64,000 nt of DNA, from the NCBI GenBank assembly GCA_964387595.1, contig CAYLYF010000001.1, forward strand, positions 18,747-82,746. Direction: 5' to 3'. Source of the DNA: an uncultured Thermodesulfobacteriota bacterium. Lineage in GTDB: Bacteria; Desulfobacterota; WTBG01; CAIYCZ01; CAIRTM01. The position numbers and the translations under genes are program-made. The notes under the pieces were generated by a model, which saw only the letters and a list, made by a program, of their open reading frames with translations, searched no databases and was not told the DNA's origin. This document shows, in pieces, positions 51,327-64,000 of the stretch (the first letter of the stretch is position 1; each line of letters begins with the position of its first letter).

Positions 51327-52472
51327 TTAATTTCCCTTCAGGATTACCATGTCATCCCTGTTAATGACTTCCGGAGGACTGTCATGACCGAGTATTCCTC
51401 TTACTTCGGATGTTTTAGCCCCTTTTATTTTTTCGATTTCTTCTGATGAATAGGCACTTAGGCCCCTCGCAAATTCAACTCCTTTTTTATCGCAGCAGCT
51501 GACGGGCTCTTCCGGATCAAAGTCGCCGGTAACACCTGTAATTCCGGAAGGCAGAAGACTCCGGGCTTTTTCAATGATTGCTGTTTTTGCGCCATCATCA
51601 ACATTAATCTTGCCGTGGGGTTTTAAGGTGAAAGCGATCCAGTGCTTTCTGCTGGTGAGTTTGTTTTTTTTCGGCAGGATCAGTGTGCCGACTTCTTCAC
51701 CCCTTAGTATCTTTGAAAGGTTGCCCTCTGTTTTACCGTTTGCAATAATTGTGGGTACACCAAAGAGCGCTGCCGTTTTTGCGGCTTTTATTTTTGTGGC
51801 CATGCCGCCCCGGGCTATTTTACTTTTTGTTCCAAGGGCCAGTTTCTCGATCGAGGAATCGATATTTTCAATCAGGGATATAAATTTTGCATCATCAAAT
51901 TTTTTGGGGTCCCGGTCATAAAAGCCATCAATGTCTGTAAGTATGATTAACAGGTCTGCCTGGACCAGGTTTGTGACCAGAGAAGAGAGGTAGTCATTGT
52001 CGCCGAATCTGATCTCTTCCACAACGGTGGTATCGTTCTCATTTATAATGGGAACAGCACCGTATTCAAGCACACTGTTTAAGGTATGACGGGCGTTTAA
52101 GAAGCGCTGCCGGTTTCTCAGGTCGCTGTGGGTCAAAAGTATCTGTGCCGCATTAATATTGTATTTTCCCAGCAGCCGGTTGTAAAGGCCCATCAGGCCG
52201 ATCTGACCGATGGCTGCAGCGGCCTGTTCCTGTGAGATGAGTTTTGGCCGTTCTTTTAATCCCAGCGTGCCCATTGCAGACGCAATGGCCCCTGATGACA
52301 CCAGAACGGATTCGATGTTTTTTTTTCGAGCTTCTGCTATTGTATGGACCACATCCGAAAACACCTTCCTGTCAAGTTTGAAGGAAGGTGTTGTAAGTAC
52401 ATAGCTGCCGAGTTTTATTACAACTCTTTTGGCCCTGCTGACAATATTTTTCCTGGTACTGTTTTTGGTCAC
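51327..52472 (-). CDS. proB: glutamate 5-kinase with PUA domain
   Basis: 381 aa. Amino-acid kinase fold. C-terminal PUA domain. Confidence 0.9.
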   Translation of the reverse strand: MTKNSTRKNIVSRAKRVVIKLGSYVLTTPSFKLDRKVFSDVVHTIAEARKKNIESVLVSSGAIASAMGTLGLKERPKLISQEQAAAAIGQIGLMGLYNRLLGKYNINAAQILLTHSDLRNRQRFLNARHTLNSVLEYGAVPIINENDTTVVEEIRFGDNDYLSSLVTNLVQADLLIILTDIDGFYDRDPKKFDDAKFISLIENIDSSIEKLALGTKSKIARGGMATKIKAAKTAALFGVPTIIANGKTEGNLSKILRGEEVGTLILPKKNKLTSRKHWIAFTLKPHGKINVDDGAKTAIIEKARSLLPSGITGVTGDFDPEEPVSCCDKKGVEFARGLSAYSSEEIEKIKGAKTSEVRGILGHDSPPEVINRDDMVILKGN

Positions 52473-52508
52473 AGCCGTCTTTTATTTGATTAGCTTTAAA
52501 CCTCTGTT

Positions 52509-52769
52509 TTACTGCTGGACCGGAATGACGCTGACCTTTTTTCTGTCTTTTCCGTATCTTTCGTATTTTACCTTACCGTCAATTTTAGCAAAGATGGTGT
52601 AGTCTCTTCCCATGCCGACGTTATCACCGGGATGGATTTTGGTTCCAAGCTGTCTGATCAGGATGTTTCCTGCTTTTACGACCTGATCGTCAAAGCGTTT
52701 GACACCGCGTCTCTGCGCGTTACTGTCTCTTCCGTTTCTTGAGCTTCCGCCCGCTTTTTTGTGTGACAT
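52509..52769 (-). CDS. rpmA: 50S ribosomal protein L27
   Basis: 86 aa. [16 protein letters not shown]...[10 protein letters not shown] is the L27 signature. Confidence 0.9.
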   Translation of the reverse strand: MSHKKAGGSSRNGRDSNAQRRGVKRFDDQVVKAGNILIRQLGTKIHPGDNVGMGRDYTIFAKIDGKVKYERYGKDRKKVSVIPVQQ

Positions 52770-52808
52770 TTCTTACCCTTCCTTCTGTTTCTATTATATT
52801 AAATCAAT

Positions 52809-53753
52809 TTATTTTTTATCATACTGTTTTAAATACTGGAAAAAATCACTGTTGGTGCTCAGGATTACTTTTATATTTTCATCCAGAGATTTCTTGTAGA
52901 TCTCAAGGGTGTTGATAAATGAATAGAACTCAGGGTCTTTGCCGAAGGATTCCGCATATATGTTTGTTGCTTCAGCATCTGCTTTACCCTTGATCTCTTC
53001 AACTTTTTTGTATGCTTCAGACTGTATTCTTCTAAGTTCTTTCTGCTGCTCCCCCTGGATTTTTTTGCTTTCTCCTTTTCCTTCTGAACGGAATTTTTCA
53101 GAGATCTGATTTCTTTCTGCGATCATCCGCTCATAAACTTTCTGCCGGACTTCTTCAACATAGTTGATCCGTTTAAATCGGAAATCAACGATCTCAATCC
53201 CGAATTCCGCAAGTTTGGGCGCGGCCGACTCCAGAATTCCCTTGGTCATTCCCTTACGGCCGATCGTTATATTATTAAGTTCCGGAATATCCTGCGGGCC
53301 TTTTTTTGCTTTACTTTCTCTGGTTGTTAAGCGGTCGGTGCTTCTGACGGCTTCGATCAGATCATTAGACGCAATAAAGTTGTTTATGGTGGGATTCAGG
53401 ATGTCGTCCAGTTTTTTCTGGGCCAGCATCTCATTGTTAACCGCCTTATAAAACATTAACGGGTCTTTTATTTTCCAGCGTGCAAATGTATCCACCCAGA
53501 TAAAGGTTTTATCTTTGGTCGGGATCTGTCCGGGGTCGCCGTCCCATTCCAGCAGGTTCTTTGCAAAAAAGCTTGTTTTCTGGATAAAGGGCACTTTTAT
53601 GTGCAGCCCGGGTTCGGTGATGGCGTTGCCGATAGGCCGTCCAAACTGCGTGATGATGACCTGTTCTGTTTCATCGACCGTGTACAGGGGTCTTCCGATG
53701 ACCAGAAAAAAGATGATGACTATTGCGGCGATGCTCAGTATTTTGTTTATCAT
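52809..53753 (-). CDS. hflC: protease modulator HflC (SPFH/band-7)
   Basis: 314 aa, N-terminal TM plus SPFH domain. Overlaps the hflK stop. Confidence 0.85.
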   Translation of the reverse strand: MINKILSIAAIVIIFFLVIGRPLYTVDETEQVIITQFGRPIGNAITEPGLHIKVPFIQKTSFFAKNLLEWDGDPGQIPTKDKTFIWVDTFARWKIKDPLMFYKAVNNEMLAQKKLDDILNPTINNFIASNDLIEAVRSTDRLTTRESKAKKGPQDIPELNNITIGRKGMTKGILESAAPKLAEFGIEIVDFRFKRINYVEEVRQKVYERMIAERNQISEKFRSEGKGESKKIQGEQQKELRRIQSEAYKKVEEIKGKADAEATNIYAESFGKDPEFYSFINTLEIYKKSLDENIKVILSTNSDFFQYLKQYDKK

Positions 53754-54784
53754 TTTTTGCCTCCATTCTCACCCAGGTTGAGAAGCGGAAGCAGGCCGCT
53801 TTGCTCAGGATCAAGGATATATTTTGTGCCGAGTTTTGGGATGACTTCTCCCATGGTCTCCAGGTAGAGCCGTCTGCGGGTGACATCTTTTGCTTTGCTG
53901 TACTCTTTCCACTGCATTAAAAACCGGTTTGCATCTCCTTTTGAGCGGTTGATACGCTCCATGGCATATCCTTCGGCATTTTTAATATTTCTTTCCGCCT
54001 CTCCCTTGGCCTCAGGGATGATCTTGTTATATGCTTCGCGGGCCTCATATATCATCCGCTCTTTTTCCTGCTGGGCCTGGTTGACCTCGTTAAAAGAGGG
54101 TTGTACAGGCGCCGGTACGGTGGTCCGTTTAAGTTCCAGGTTGACCAGGGTGATGCCTGTTTCTGCGTCGTTTAATGCCTGCTGCAGGTTTTTTTCAGCT
54201 GTGGTGGCGATTTCTCTTCTTTCACTGATGACTTCATCTATTGTTCTGTCACCGACCACCTGTCGCATCACAGCTTCAGACAGATCACGGAGTGTGCTGT
54301 TTACATTTTTTACCTTAAACAGATAGTTTGCCGGATCTCCTATTCTGTACTGAACGATCCACGGGACGAGTGCGCCGTTTAAATCCCCGGTAAGCATCAG
54401 TGATTCGTTTAAAAACTGGTTGCTGGATGCATACTGTGACCGGACAGCGGCTTTCATGGTTCTTGCACCGAATTCCTCTTCATATACTTTCTGCTCTTTA
54501 ACCAGAGTCACTTTTTCGATGCCGGCAGGCCACTTGAAGTTTAAACCCGGATTAACAATTCTTGAATATTTGCCAAATCTCTGTACCACACCGACTTCAT
54601 CTGCCTGAACACTGAAAAAACAGGAAAAAGCAAAGAGAGCGACGACTGCGACAGCTACCGCAATTGCGCCGGTGTAGCCGCTGTTTTTGAACTGCTCTTT
54701 CACCTTTTTTAAGATAGCGTCCAAGTCGGGCGGTTCCTGTTTGTTCCAGGGATTTCCTTTGTCTTCATCGTCATTAAAGGCCAT
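53750..54784 (-). CDS. hflK: protease modulator HflK (SPFH/band-7)
   Basis: 344 aa, TM plus SPFH domain. Paired with hflC. Confidence 0.85.
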   Translation of the reverse strand: MAFNDDEDKGNPWNKQEPPDLDAILKKVKEQFKNSGYTGAIAVAVAVVALFAFSCFFSVQADEVGVVQRFGKYSRIVNPGLNFKWPAGIEKVTLVKEQKVYEEEFGARTMKAAVRSQYASSNQFLNESLMLTGDLNGALVPWIVQYRIGDPANYLFKVKNVNSTLRDLSEAVMRQVVGDRTIDEVISERREIATTAEKNLQQALNDAETGITLVNLELKRTTVPAPVQPSFNEVNQAQQEKERMIYEAREAYNKIIPEAKGEAERNIKNAEGYAMERINRSKGDANRFLMQWKEYSKAKDVTRRRLYLETMGEVIPKLGTKYILDPEQSGLLPLLNLGENGGKK

Positions 54785-55503
54785 TTTTTCTCCTTATGGA
54801 AGAAGGGTTATGGTTGTTTATTTTTGAGCTTAAATGCTTTTATAATAACTATATAATTTAAATAAAATAAACAAAAAAGTCAAGTTTCTTTATGTTTTGT
54901 TGGGAAAACAGTTGGTTAAATCTGTAACCATTTGAAATTACTTTTAAATTTTTATTAAGTTTGGTCTGCTTTGCATTTTAAGGCCGGGAAAACACATTTA
55001 TAGTAGAATGAGTCCAGGTTATAGTTGATTTCGGCGGCAACTGGCGACAAAACGGTAAATGATTATTCGACTAAATTCAACGCAGATTTAATAATACAGG
55101 TTAAGGCGTTAAGATTTAAAATTTAGCACTTAAATCTATATTTTAGAACCTTAACTTGAGACTCATCTCTTATTTTACTTTCTATTTCGCAATAAAATCT
55201 TCTGAAACCTTTAGAAAGACCTTTTTAAAGGCTGATATTCATAAAATGGATTGATTTTAAGTCTTGTATTTGGTATACATATACAGCTGGAAAACATGAA
55301 TTTTATTAGATTTTTTTAAATTAAAAAAACAGGCAGGAAGGCTGATCCAGAGACTCAAACGACTTGTTGGATAACTCGGGCAGTGAGGGGCTCGTTGATG
55401 GGTTATTGTTTAAAAGAATATAAGCAACAATAAAAACACCAAAAATCCATCTATGCTTTCTGGCAGCTGAATAAAAATTTTCACGATAGAGAAGTTTAGA
55501 AAA

Positions 55504-55543
55504 AAACCGGTACTCACAATTATCAAAGAGTGAGTGCCGGTTT
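55504..55543. promoter_or_regulatory. 14-bp-stem hairpin in the PFOR upstream region (5'-UTR structure or minus-strand intrinsic terminator)
   Basis: aaaccggtactcac-N12-gtgagtgccggttt, with an A8 run just upstream (a U-run on the minus strand). Confidence 0.45.
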
Positions 55544-55599
55544 CCTGTATAAATTGTAAATTTAAATTTAAAATATATAAAATAATAATAAGGAGTTAA

Positions 55600-59106
<3,507 letters not shown>

Positions 59107-59136
59107 TATTAATAAGACAATAAAAAGTTAAGTTAA

Positions 59137-59169
59137 AAGAGGCGGATGAACAGTCCACCTCTTTTTTTA
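59137..59169 (+). terminator. rho-independent terminator after PFOR
   Basis: aagaggcgg...ccacctctt imperfect stem followed by a T7 run. Confidence 0.55.
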
Positions 59170-59421
59170 TGTCCGGATTTGTTTTATAATTGACACTGAA
59201 CCTTTAATGAGTGAACATCATTTACGTAAGGGAAAGTCAGGGGCACTTTCTTGTTTACTTACTTAATGTCAAAAGCAAAAGATCAAATGACAAAAAATAA
59301 AAAGAAAAAAAGTATAAAAGCGTTTGGCATTGGTGTTTTTCAGTTTCATTTGAAATTTTTAATTTAATTTTTTGATTTAACCGGGGAGACCTCTCTGGTT
59401 ATTAAATGAAAGGGAAGCGTT

Positions 59422-59769
59422 TTGAAGGTAAGGTCAATCGAAAGCACCCCGGAACGGGAAGTCTCCCATAACCCGAAGATCAGGAAACATCAGCTGATCT
59501 CAAAAGGGGAGGCCAAAAATATCAATATGTTTTCCAGGGCAATATTTCCTCCCGGAGAAACTGCTGATGCACACAGCCATTCTGATATGACAGAAGTTTT
59601 TTATGTTGCGTCCGGGCAGGGGGGTATCGTAGTGAACGGGACATCTGTTCCTTTACCGGCGGGTACCTGTGTGGTTGTTGAGCCCCTTGAAATTCATGAG
59701 CTTAAAAATACCGGTTCAGCGGAAATGGTTGTTTTGTATTTTGGTATAAGAACAGAGCTGGAAAAATGA
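59422..59769 (+). CDS. cupin domain protein
   Basis: 115 aa. HSHSDMTEVFYVASGQG and a second His in the cupin motifs. Confidence 0.6.
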   Translation: MKVRSIESTPEREVSHNPKIRKHQLISKGEAKNINMFSRAIFPPGETADAHSHSDMTEVFYVASGQGGIVVNGTSVPLPAGTCVVVEPLEIHELKNTGSAEMVVLYFGIRTELEK

Positions 59770-60785
59770 TGATAAACGAACTTGTTGATATTTCTCTGTT
59801 CAGCCGCGGCGGGCAGTTTTTTATGTACGGTCTTTTAGTGGTTGGCGTGCTGCTGGGAATTTCCGGTGTCATTAATCTTCTGCGGCCGCGCCCTGTGATG
59901 GAACGCATGACGGTCCGGACTCTGGTTGTGGTTAATGTTGTTTTTATTGCCGGATTTTTATGGATCTGCAGGCTGCATTATCAGATCTACTGTTACCTGC
60001 CCCTTGAGATGTCAGAGTTTCTGGTCGGATGGTTTAACCAACACATTCAGGGTTCGGGAATGCCCCTGCTGGAGTCATCGGCTCCTGTCCGTTACACTGT
60101 TCCCTTGTGGATTGAAAATGAAAAATACTATTTCTGGTTCATGTGTTACAGCATGATGTCTCTGGCGGCACACAGTAGAATAACCCGTCATCGTTTGCGG
60201 GCACTACTGCATATTATGCTTTCAGGTCAGGTCCTTCTTCTGTTTTTTTGGTTTGACCCCTTCAGTCAGCCGTTGTCAGGATTTTTTTCAGAAGTACAGC
60301 CCTGGTTTGCAGGTTCGCAGACCCCCATGGAACGTTTACGGCTTTTTATGCAGCTGTATCCGCGGATGATTTATTATTACAATGCCTCCTACATGTGGAT
60401 ACATCCCCCCATGCTTTTTCTATCCTATGCCTGCATCACCATTACTTTTGTGACCTCAATTTTTATGCTTTTTGTCCGGGATATGACAATTGAAAACACA
60501 GGATATGATTTTGCTAAGCTGGGCTTTGTGCTGCTCACCCTTGGAATGCTTCTTGGATATCCATGGGCGCTTCAGGCCTGGGGAGAGAACTGGTGGTGGG
60601 ATCCCAAGATTTGCAGCTCAATTATGATGTGGTCGATTTACAGTACCTATCTGCATACCCGGCTTTATGCTGCCCGGTCCGGCATGTGGTATTTTACTTC
60701 AGTGATGGGTATTCTCTGTTTTGTTTCCATGGTATTTACACTGTTATCCTCCCTTTATTTTCCGGGTGAACATTCTTTGCAATAG
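59766..60785 (+). CDS. cytochrome c-type biogenesis protein CcsA/ResC-like (heme handling, W-rich motif)
   Basis: 339 aa polytopic. AWGENWWWDPK...YLHTR matches the WWD heme-handling motif. Conserved His residues. Confidence 0.65.
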   Translation: MMINELVDISLFSRGGQFFMYGLLVVGVLLGISGVINLLRPRPVMERMTVRTLVVVNVVFIAGFLWICRLHYQIYCYLPLEMSEFLVGWFNQHIQGSGMPLLESSAPVRYTVPLWIENEKYYFWFMCYSMMSLAAHSRITRHRLRALLHIMLSGQVLLLFFWFDPFSQPLSGFFSEVQPWFAGSQTPMERLRLFMQLYPRMIYYYNASYMWIHPPMLFLSYACITITFVTSIFMLFVRDMTIENTGYDFAKLGFVLLTLGMLLGYPWALQAWGENWWWDPKICSSIMMWSIYSTYLHTRLYAARSGMWYFTSVMGILCFVSMVFTLLSSLYFPGEHSLQ

Positions 60786-60790
60786 GATGA

Positions 60791-61426
60791 ATGATGAACT
60801 CTAAAAACAGTTATGATTATTATCTGATCCTGGCAACCACGGTGGTACTGTTTATCATTTCAGCGATCTGTATCTGCAGCATGTTCTATTTTAAGCTGGA
60901 AAATATTCAGCAGCTGCCCATGACGGTTAAGGCCGGCTACATGAACAACATGAATACGGTGATGGCCCCTTTTCTGATCGCACTGATCGTGCTTTTGGGA
61001 ATTTGTGTGCCGAAACGTCTGTTACCGTCAGTCTGGCTGAACCGTTTTTCAGCTGTTCTGGTTTTGCTGGCTGTTATCATCAGTATTATCTGGAATGTAA
61101 AGGTCGGTCTTGCTTTTGTTCTTATTGTGTCGGCTGTTCTGCAGGTTGTGGTCCTCTTAATGGCTTTGGCCGGCAGCAAAAGCTTAAACTTTGAAAAGAC
61201 CGGTTACTGGATCCGGGTAGGGTCGTCACTTTTGCACCTGGGTTTGATAATGTTCATCCTAGATGTTTTCTTCTACCGTTACCCGGGGCTGCACCTTATC
61301 CTCTTCTGGCTAACGACTGTTTCAACAACCCTAGGGATGGTGGTTTGTTTTTATGCTGATTCCTGCGGTAGACTGGTCAAAAGAACACGGAATATCTTTT
61401 TGAGACAAGGAACAAAAAAGGAGTAA
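60791..61426 (+). CDS. hypothetical polytopic membrane protein
   Basis: 211 aa with about 6 TM helices. No motif recognised. Starts 5 bp after the CcsA-like gene. Confidence 0.4.
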   Translation: MMNSKNSYDYYLILATTVVLFIISAICICSMFYFKLENIQQLPMTVKAGYMNNMNTVMAPFLIALIVLLGICVPKRLLPSVWLNRFSAVLVLLAVIISIIWNVKVGLAFVLIVSAVLQVVVLLMALAGSKSLNFEKTGYWIRVGSSLLHLGLIMFILDVFFYRYPGLHLILFWLTTVSTTLGMVVCFYADSCGRLVKRTRNIFLRQGTKKE

Positions 61427-61500
61427 TGTTTCAGCCTGACAAAAAATTTATAGATCTGACAATTCTAAAACTATCATGGATCTAACAGGACTTTTTGTGC

Positions 61501-62322
61501 TTAGGAAATCTGCTTTTGGCATGTGCTGCAGAAAAAGGTTGAGCGCTGTCCAATGACGATCCGTTCAATCGTGCGCTTGCAGACCGAACATTCTTTTCCT
61601 TCCCGCTGATACACTTTCAATTTCTGAGGAAAATAACCGCCCCACTCTTTGTCCGGTTTGAAGCCCATTATTTTTGCCCCATTCTTAACGGCTTTTTTAA
61701 GTACTTTTTTTATGGTGCAGGCAAGTCTGTCACCGCTTTTTTTAGAAAGTTTTCCTGAAGGGGTTAATGGGTGTATTTTGCTTATAAAAAGGGACTCATT
61801 TGCGTATATGTTTCCAATCCCTGCCACGATCCTGCTATTCATAATCAGCTGTTTAACGGGTACTTTTCTGTTTCTGCTTTTTTGAAACAGATAGCCTCCG
61901 TTAAAACCGGCGGTTAATGGATCCGGGCCAATGTCCTTTAAGAATCTGTGCTTATGCGGATCAGCGTCTGTCCAGATGATCATGCCGAATCTGCGGACGT
62001 CATTATACCGGAGTATTGTCCGGTCTTTAAATACGATATCGAAAATATCATGTTTGCCGGGTTTTGCAGGTTTAGACAGGATATTGATATATCCGGTCAT
62101 GCCCAGATGCATGATCAGGGTGCCGGTTTTCGTGTTTATAAGCAGGTATCTGCTACAGCGGGCGATGCTGATTATCTTTTGGTTTGGAAGATTTTTTGTG
62201 AGCAAATCTGAAATTGGCAGGCGAAGTTTTGGGGTATAGATTCTTATTTTAGAAATTGTTTTCCCCACGGCGTAAGGGGATATTCCCAGTCGGGTTACTT
62301 CAACTTCAGGCAGTTCAGGCAT
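61501..62322 (-). CDS. mutM: formamidopyrimidine-DNA glycosylase
   Basis: MPELPEVE N-terminus. C-terminal CxxC-x16-CxxC zinc finger. Confidence 0.9.
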   Translation of the reverse strand: MPELPEVEVTRLGISPYAVGKTISKIRIYTPKLRLPISDLLTKNLPNQKIISIARCSRYLLINTKTGTLIMHLGMTGYINILSKPAKPGKHDIFDIVFKDRTILRYNDVRRFGMIIWTDADPHKHRFLKDIGPDPLTAGFNGGYLFQKSRNRKVPVKQLIMNSRIVAGIGNIYANESLFISKIHPLTPSGKLSKKSGDRLACTIKKVLKKAVKNGAKIMGFKPDKEWGGYFPQKLKVYQREGKECSVCKRTIERIVIGQRSTFFCSTCQKQIS

Positions 62323-62457
62323 GATGCTTGTCCAATTGATAAAAATTATGAACTAACGTTTCCCTTGGACCGGGGTTGGCTGCTTGGCCCTGTTCAAAAG
62401 GGTTCGAGGGTTCGAGGGCTCAAGGTTTTAGCATAGAGCAGAGAGTGATTTTCGTTT

Positions 62458-63813
62458 TCAAGATTTATGCGCTATACCACTATGCTCTCCGGCATACTCC
62501 ACAGCCTGTTTCATTTGGATAATTGCCCGCTCGATTTTTTCCAGTTCTTCAAAACCGTAGGACAGACGAAGCTGACGCGAACCTTTTTCCACAAGGACAC
62601 CTTCCGGGTGGACACAGAACTGTCCAGGCAGGTAGATGACTTTTGGGGTTTTATTTTCTTTAGGGCCGTCAATGTCCGGATCTCCTGTTGAACGGGACAG
62701 GAACTTAAAAAAAGACGAGCCCTCTTGGGTCAGGGTATTTTTAAAGGTGAGATAGAAATAGAATCCTGCCTGTCCGCCGGTAATTTCCTCCAGGTGCTCT
62801 CCAAGATGTTCTTTTACCCACCCTGCTGTTTTTTCAGCTTTAAGGCGGTAGCCTTTATTTACCTGGTCAAGCTGTCTGTCAATGTGGTGCTCCAGCAAAT
62901 AACCGGCAATTTCCTGAGTGATAAGCGGTGCGCTGAAACCCGCATCACTGGTTTTTTGAACCATGGCCTGTATAAAAGGGCTGTCCGGGCCGATCATATA
63001 ACCGATCCGCAGGGCAGGGGAGAGAATCTTTGAAATGGTTCCCACCTCATATACCAGATCATGGCTGTCATGAATAAGACCCGACTCCGGCGGGATTACA
63101 GCCGGGTCATGAATCAGGTCTTCATATGCTTTGTCAAAGATGAGGGGAACCTTTCTCCCGAGCTTTTCAGAAACCCTGCTCACGATACGGATGATTTCTC
63201 TGCGCCGGTCGTTTGAAAGGATGCTGCAGGTGGGATTGTTAATGGTCACGATATAAAAGAAGCTTAACTGTTCAAGTCTTTTACCGAGTTTTTGAAGTTT
63301 TTCTTCAAGCAGGTCAGTTCTTATTCCGTTAGGGTCTTCGCTAATGGTTATTATTTCAAAGCCCTCACGCTCAAGATAATCACAGTAGATGTAATACATC
63401 GGGTCAGAGGTTATCACGATTCCGGGGGAAAGGACCCTGGCTGTGCCTTCAAGCAGGCTGGTGGCTCCGTTCGGACCGATAATTATTTCATTTCTGTTCA
63501 GGAGGTCTTCTGAAAGACCGCCAATATGATTGCTCGTATAATAGTTTTTAAGTGAAGTGATCAGGTTGTCTGAGCCATGGGGGCCGCCGTAATTTAAGGC
63601 GAGTTTATATTTTCCAGGATTATTGATTATTGCTTCTAATGCTTCAAGGATACGTTCTCGCGGTATGGTGTTTTCATTGACATAGCCCACGCCCAGATTG
63701 ATGTCCTTATCAATTCTGAATTCAGCAGCAACTTCAGCCATCATCCTGCTCACAGGAGAGGGGACACTTGAAATGCGCCCGTATTCTGACAGGTAAAAGT
63801 CTTTCAGATCCAT
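62458..63813 (-). CDS. PLP-dependent aminotransferase, class I/II fold
   Basis: 451 aa. SKILSPALRIGY region resembles the SxSK...GxRxG PLP-lysine motif. Confidence 0.6.
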   Translation of the reverse strand: MDLKDFYLSEYGRISSVPSPVSRMMAEVAAEFRIDKDINLGVGYVNENTIPRERILEALEAIINNPGKYKLALNYGGPHGSDNLITSLKNYYTSNHIGGLSEDLLNRNEIIIGPNGATSLLEGTARVLSPGIVITSDPMYYIYCDYLEREGFEIITISEDPNGIRTDLLEEKLQKLGKRLEQLSFFYIVTINNPTCSILSNDRRREIIRIVSRVSEKLGRKVPLIFDKAYEDLIHDPAVIPPESGLIHDSHDLVYEVGTISKILSPALRIGYMIGPDSPFIQAMVQKTSDAGFSAPLITQEIAGYLLEHHIDRQLDQVNKGYRLKAEKTAGWVKEHLGEHLEEITGGQAGFYFYLTFKNTLTQEGSSFFKFLSRSTGDPDIDGPKENKTPKVIYLPGQFCVHPEGVLVEKGSRQLRLSYGFEELEKIERAIIQMKQAVEYAGEHSGIAHKS

Positions 63814-64000
63814 TATTAATGCCTGTTTTTAATGGTAATTATTGATTATTATATCTTCGAATAATTCTTGAGATTAGTCAAGAGGCTTGTAATGCGGTGA
63901 AACGTGAGAAGTGAAGGGTGAATATTATTTAAGTTGACTGTTCAGGATTCGTTATATATCTAATCTTAACAGAAAGTGTTGTGCCGACATTTTTAAAAAA

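Noticed and set aside
62395-62425. GGTTCGA-containing segment considered as a tRNA gene
   Set aside because: No acceptor stem or anticodon arm can be drawn. It is a tandem duplication rather than a cloverleaf.

Overview
This 64-kb window is mostly core chromosome. It has the codon usage and gene content of a sulfate-reducer-like Desulfobacterota (deltaproteobacterial) genome, with many AGA/AGG Arg and ATA Ile codons and roughly 40-45% GC by eye.

The main blocks, in order, are:
- the 3' half of a V-type ATPase operon (subunits F-A-B-D);
- map-def;
- a two-component system upstream of an RND efflux pump (membrane fusion protein plus permease) and an acyltransferase;
- a small cluster of unknown function: a CheY-like receiver, a YwqK-type MORN-repeat protein, a nucleoside 2-deoxyribosyltransferase-like protein and a GYD protein;
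- an acyl-CoA synthetase and a secreted RCC1-repeat protein;
- a complete membrane-bound group-1 [NiFe] uptake hydrogenase locus on the minus strand (small and large subunits, cytochrome b, maturation protease, hypA, hypC, an inserted outer-membrane beta-barrel gene, hypD, hypB, hypF, hypE);
- a thioesterase and a secreted 5'-nucleotidase;
- an AT-rich two-gene island encoding an AAA ATPase plus an RloB-like protein, which looks like an AbiL/RloA-RloB-type abortive-infection module;
- aroF-like DAHP synthase, ileS-lspA, lgt, a sigma-70 family factor, folK-dapB, and a lipoprotein fusing a phosphoesterase-like domain to a tetraheme cytochrome c;
- dtd, ispB, comF, rsfS-nadD-proA-proB-rpmA, hflKC;
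- PFOR (pyruvate:ferredoxin oxidoreductase) after an 800-bp leader, followed by a cupin, a CcsA-like protein and a small membrane protein;
- mutM and a class-I aminotransferase.

I found no tRNA or rRNA genes, no CRISPR array, and no integrase or transposase. The best candidates for a closer look are the ATPase/RloB defense-like island, the REC/MORN/NDT-like/GYD cluster (which includes an apparent homopolymer frameshift), the outer-membrane barrel gene inserted into the hyp operon with its flanking perfect palindrome, and the phosphoesterase-multiheme cytochrome lipoprotein.
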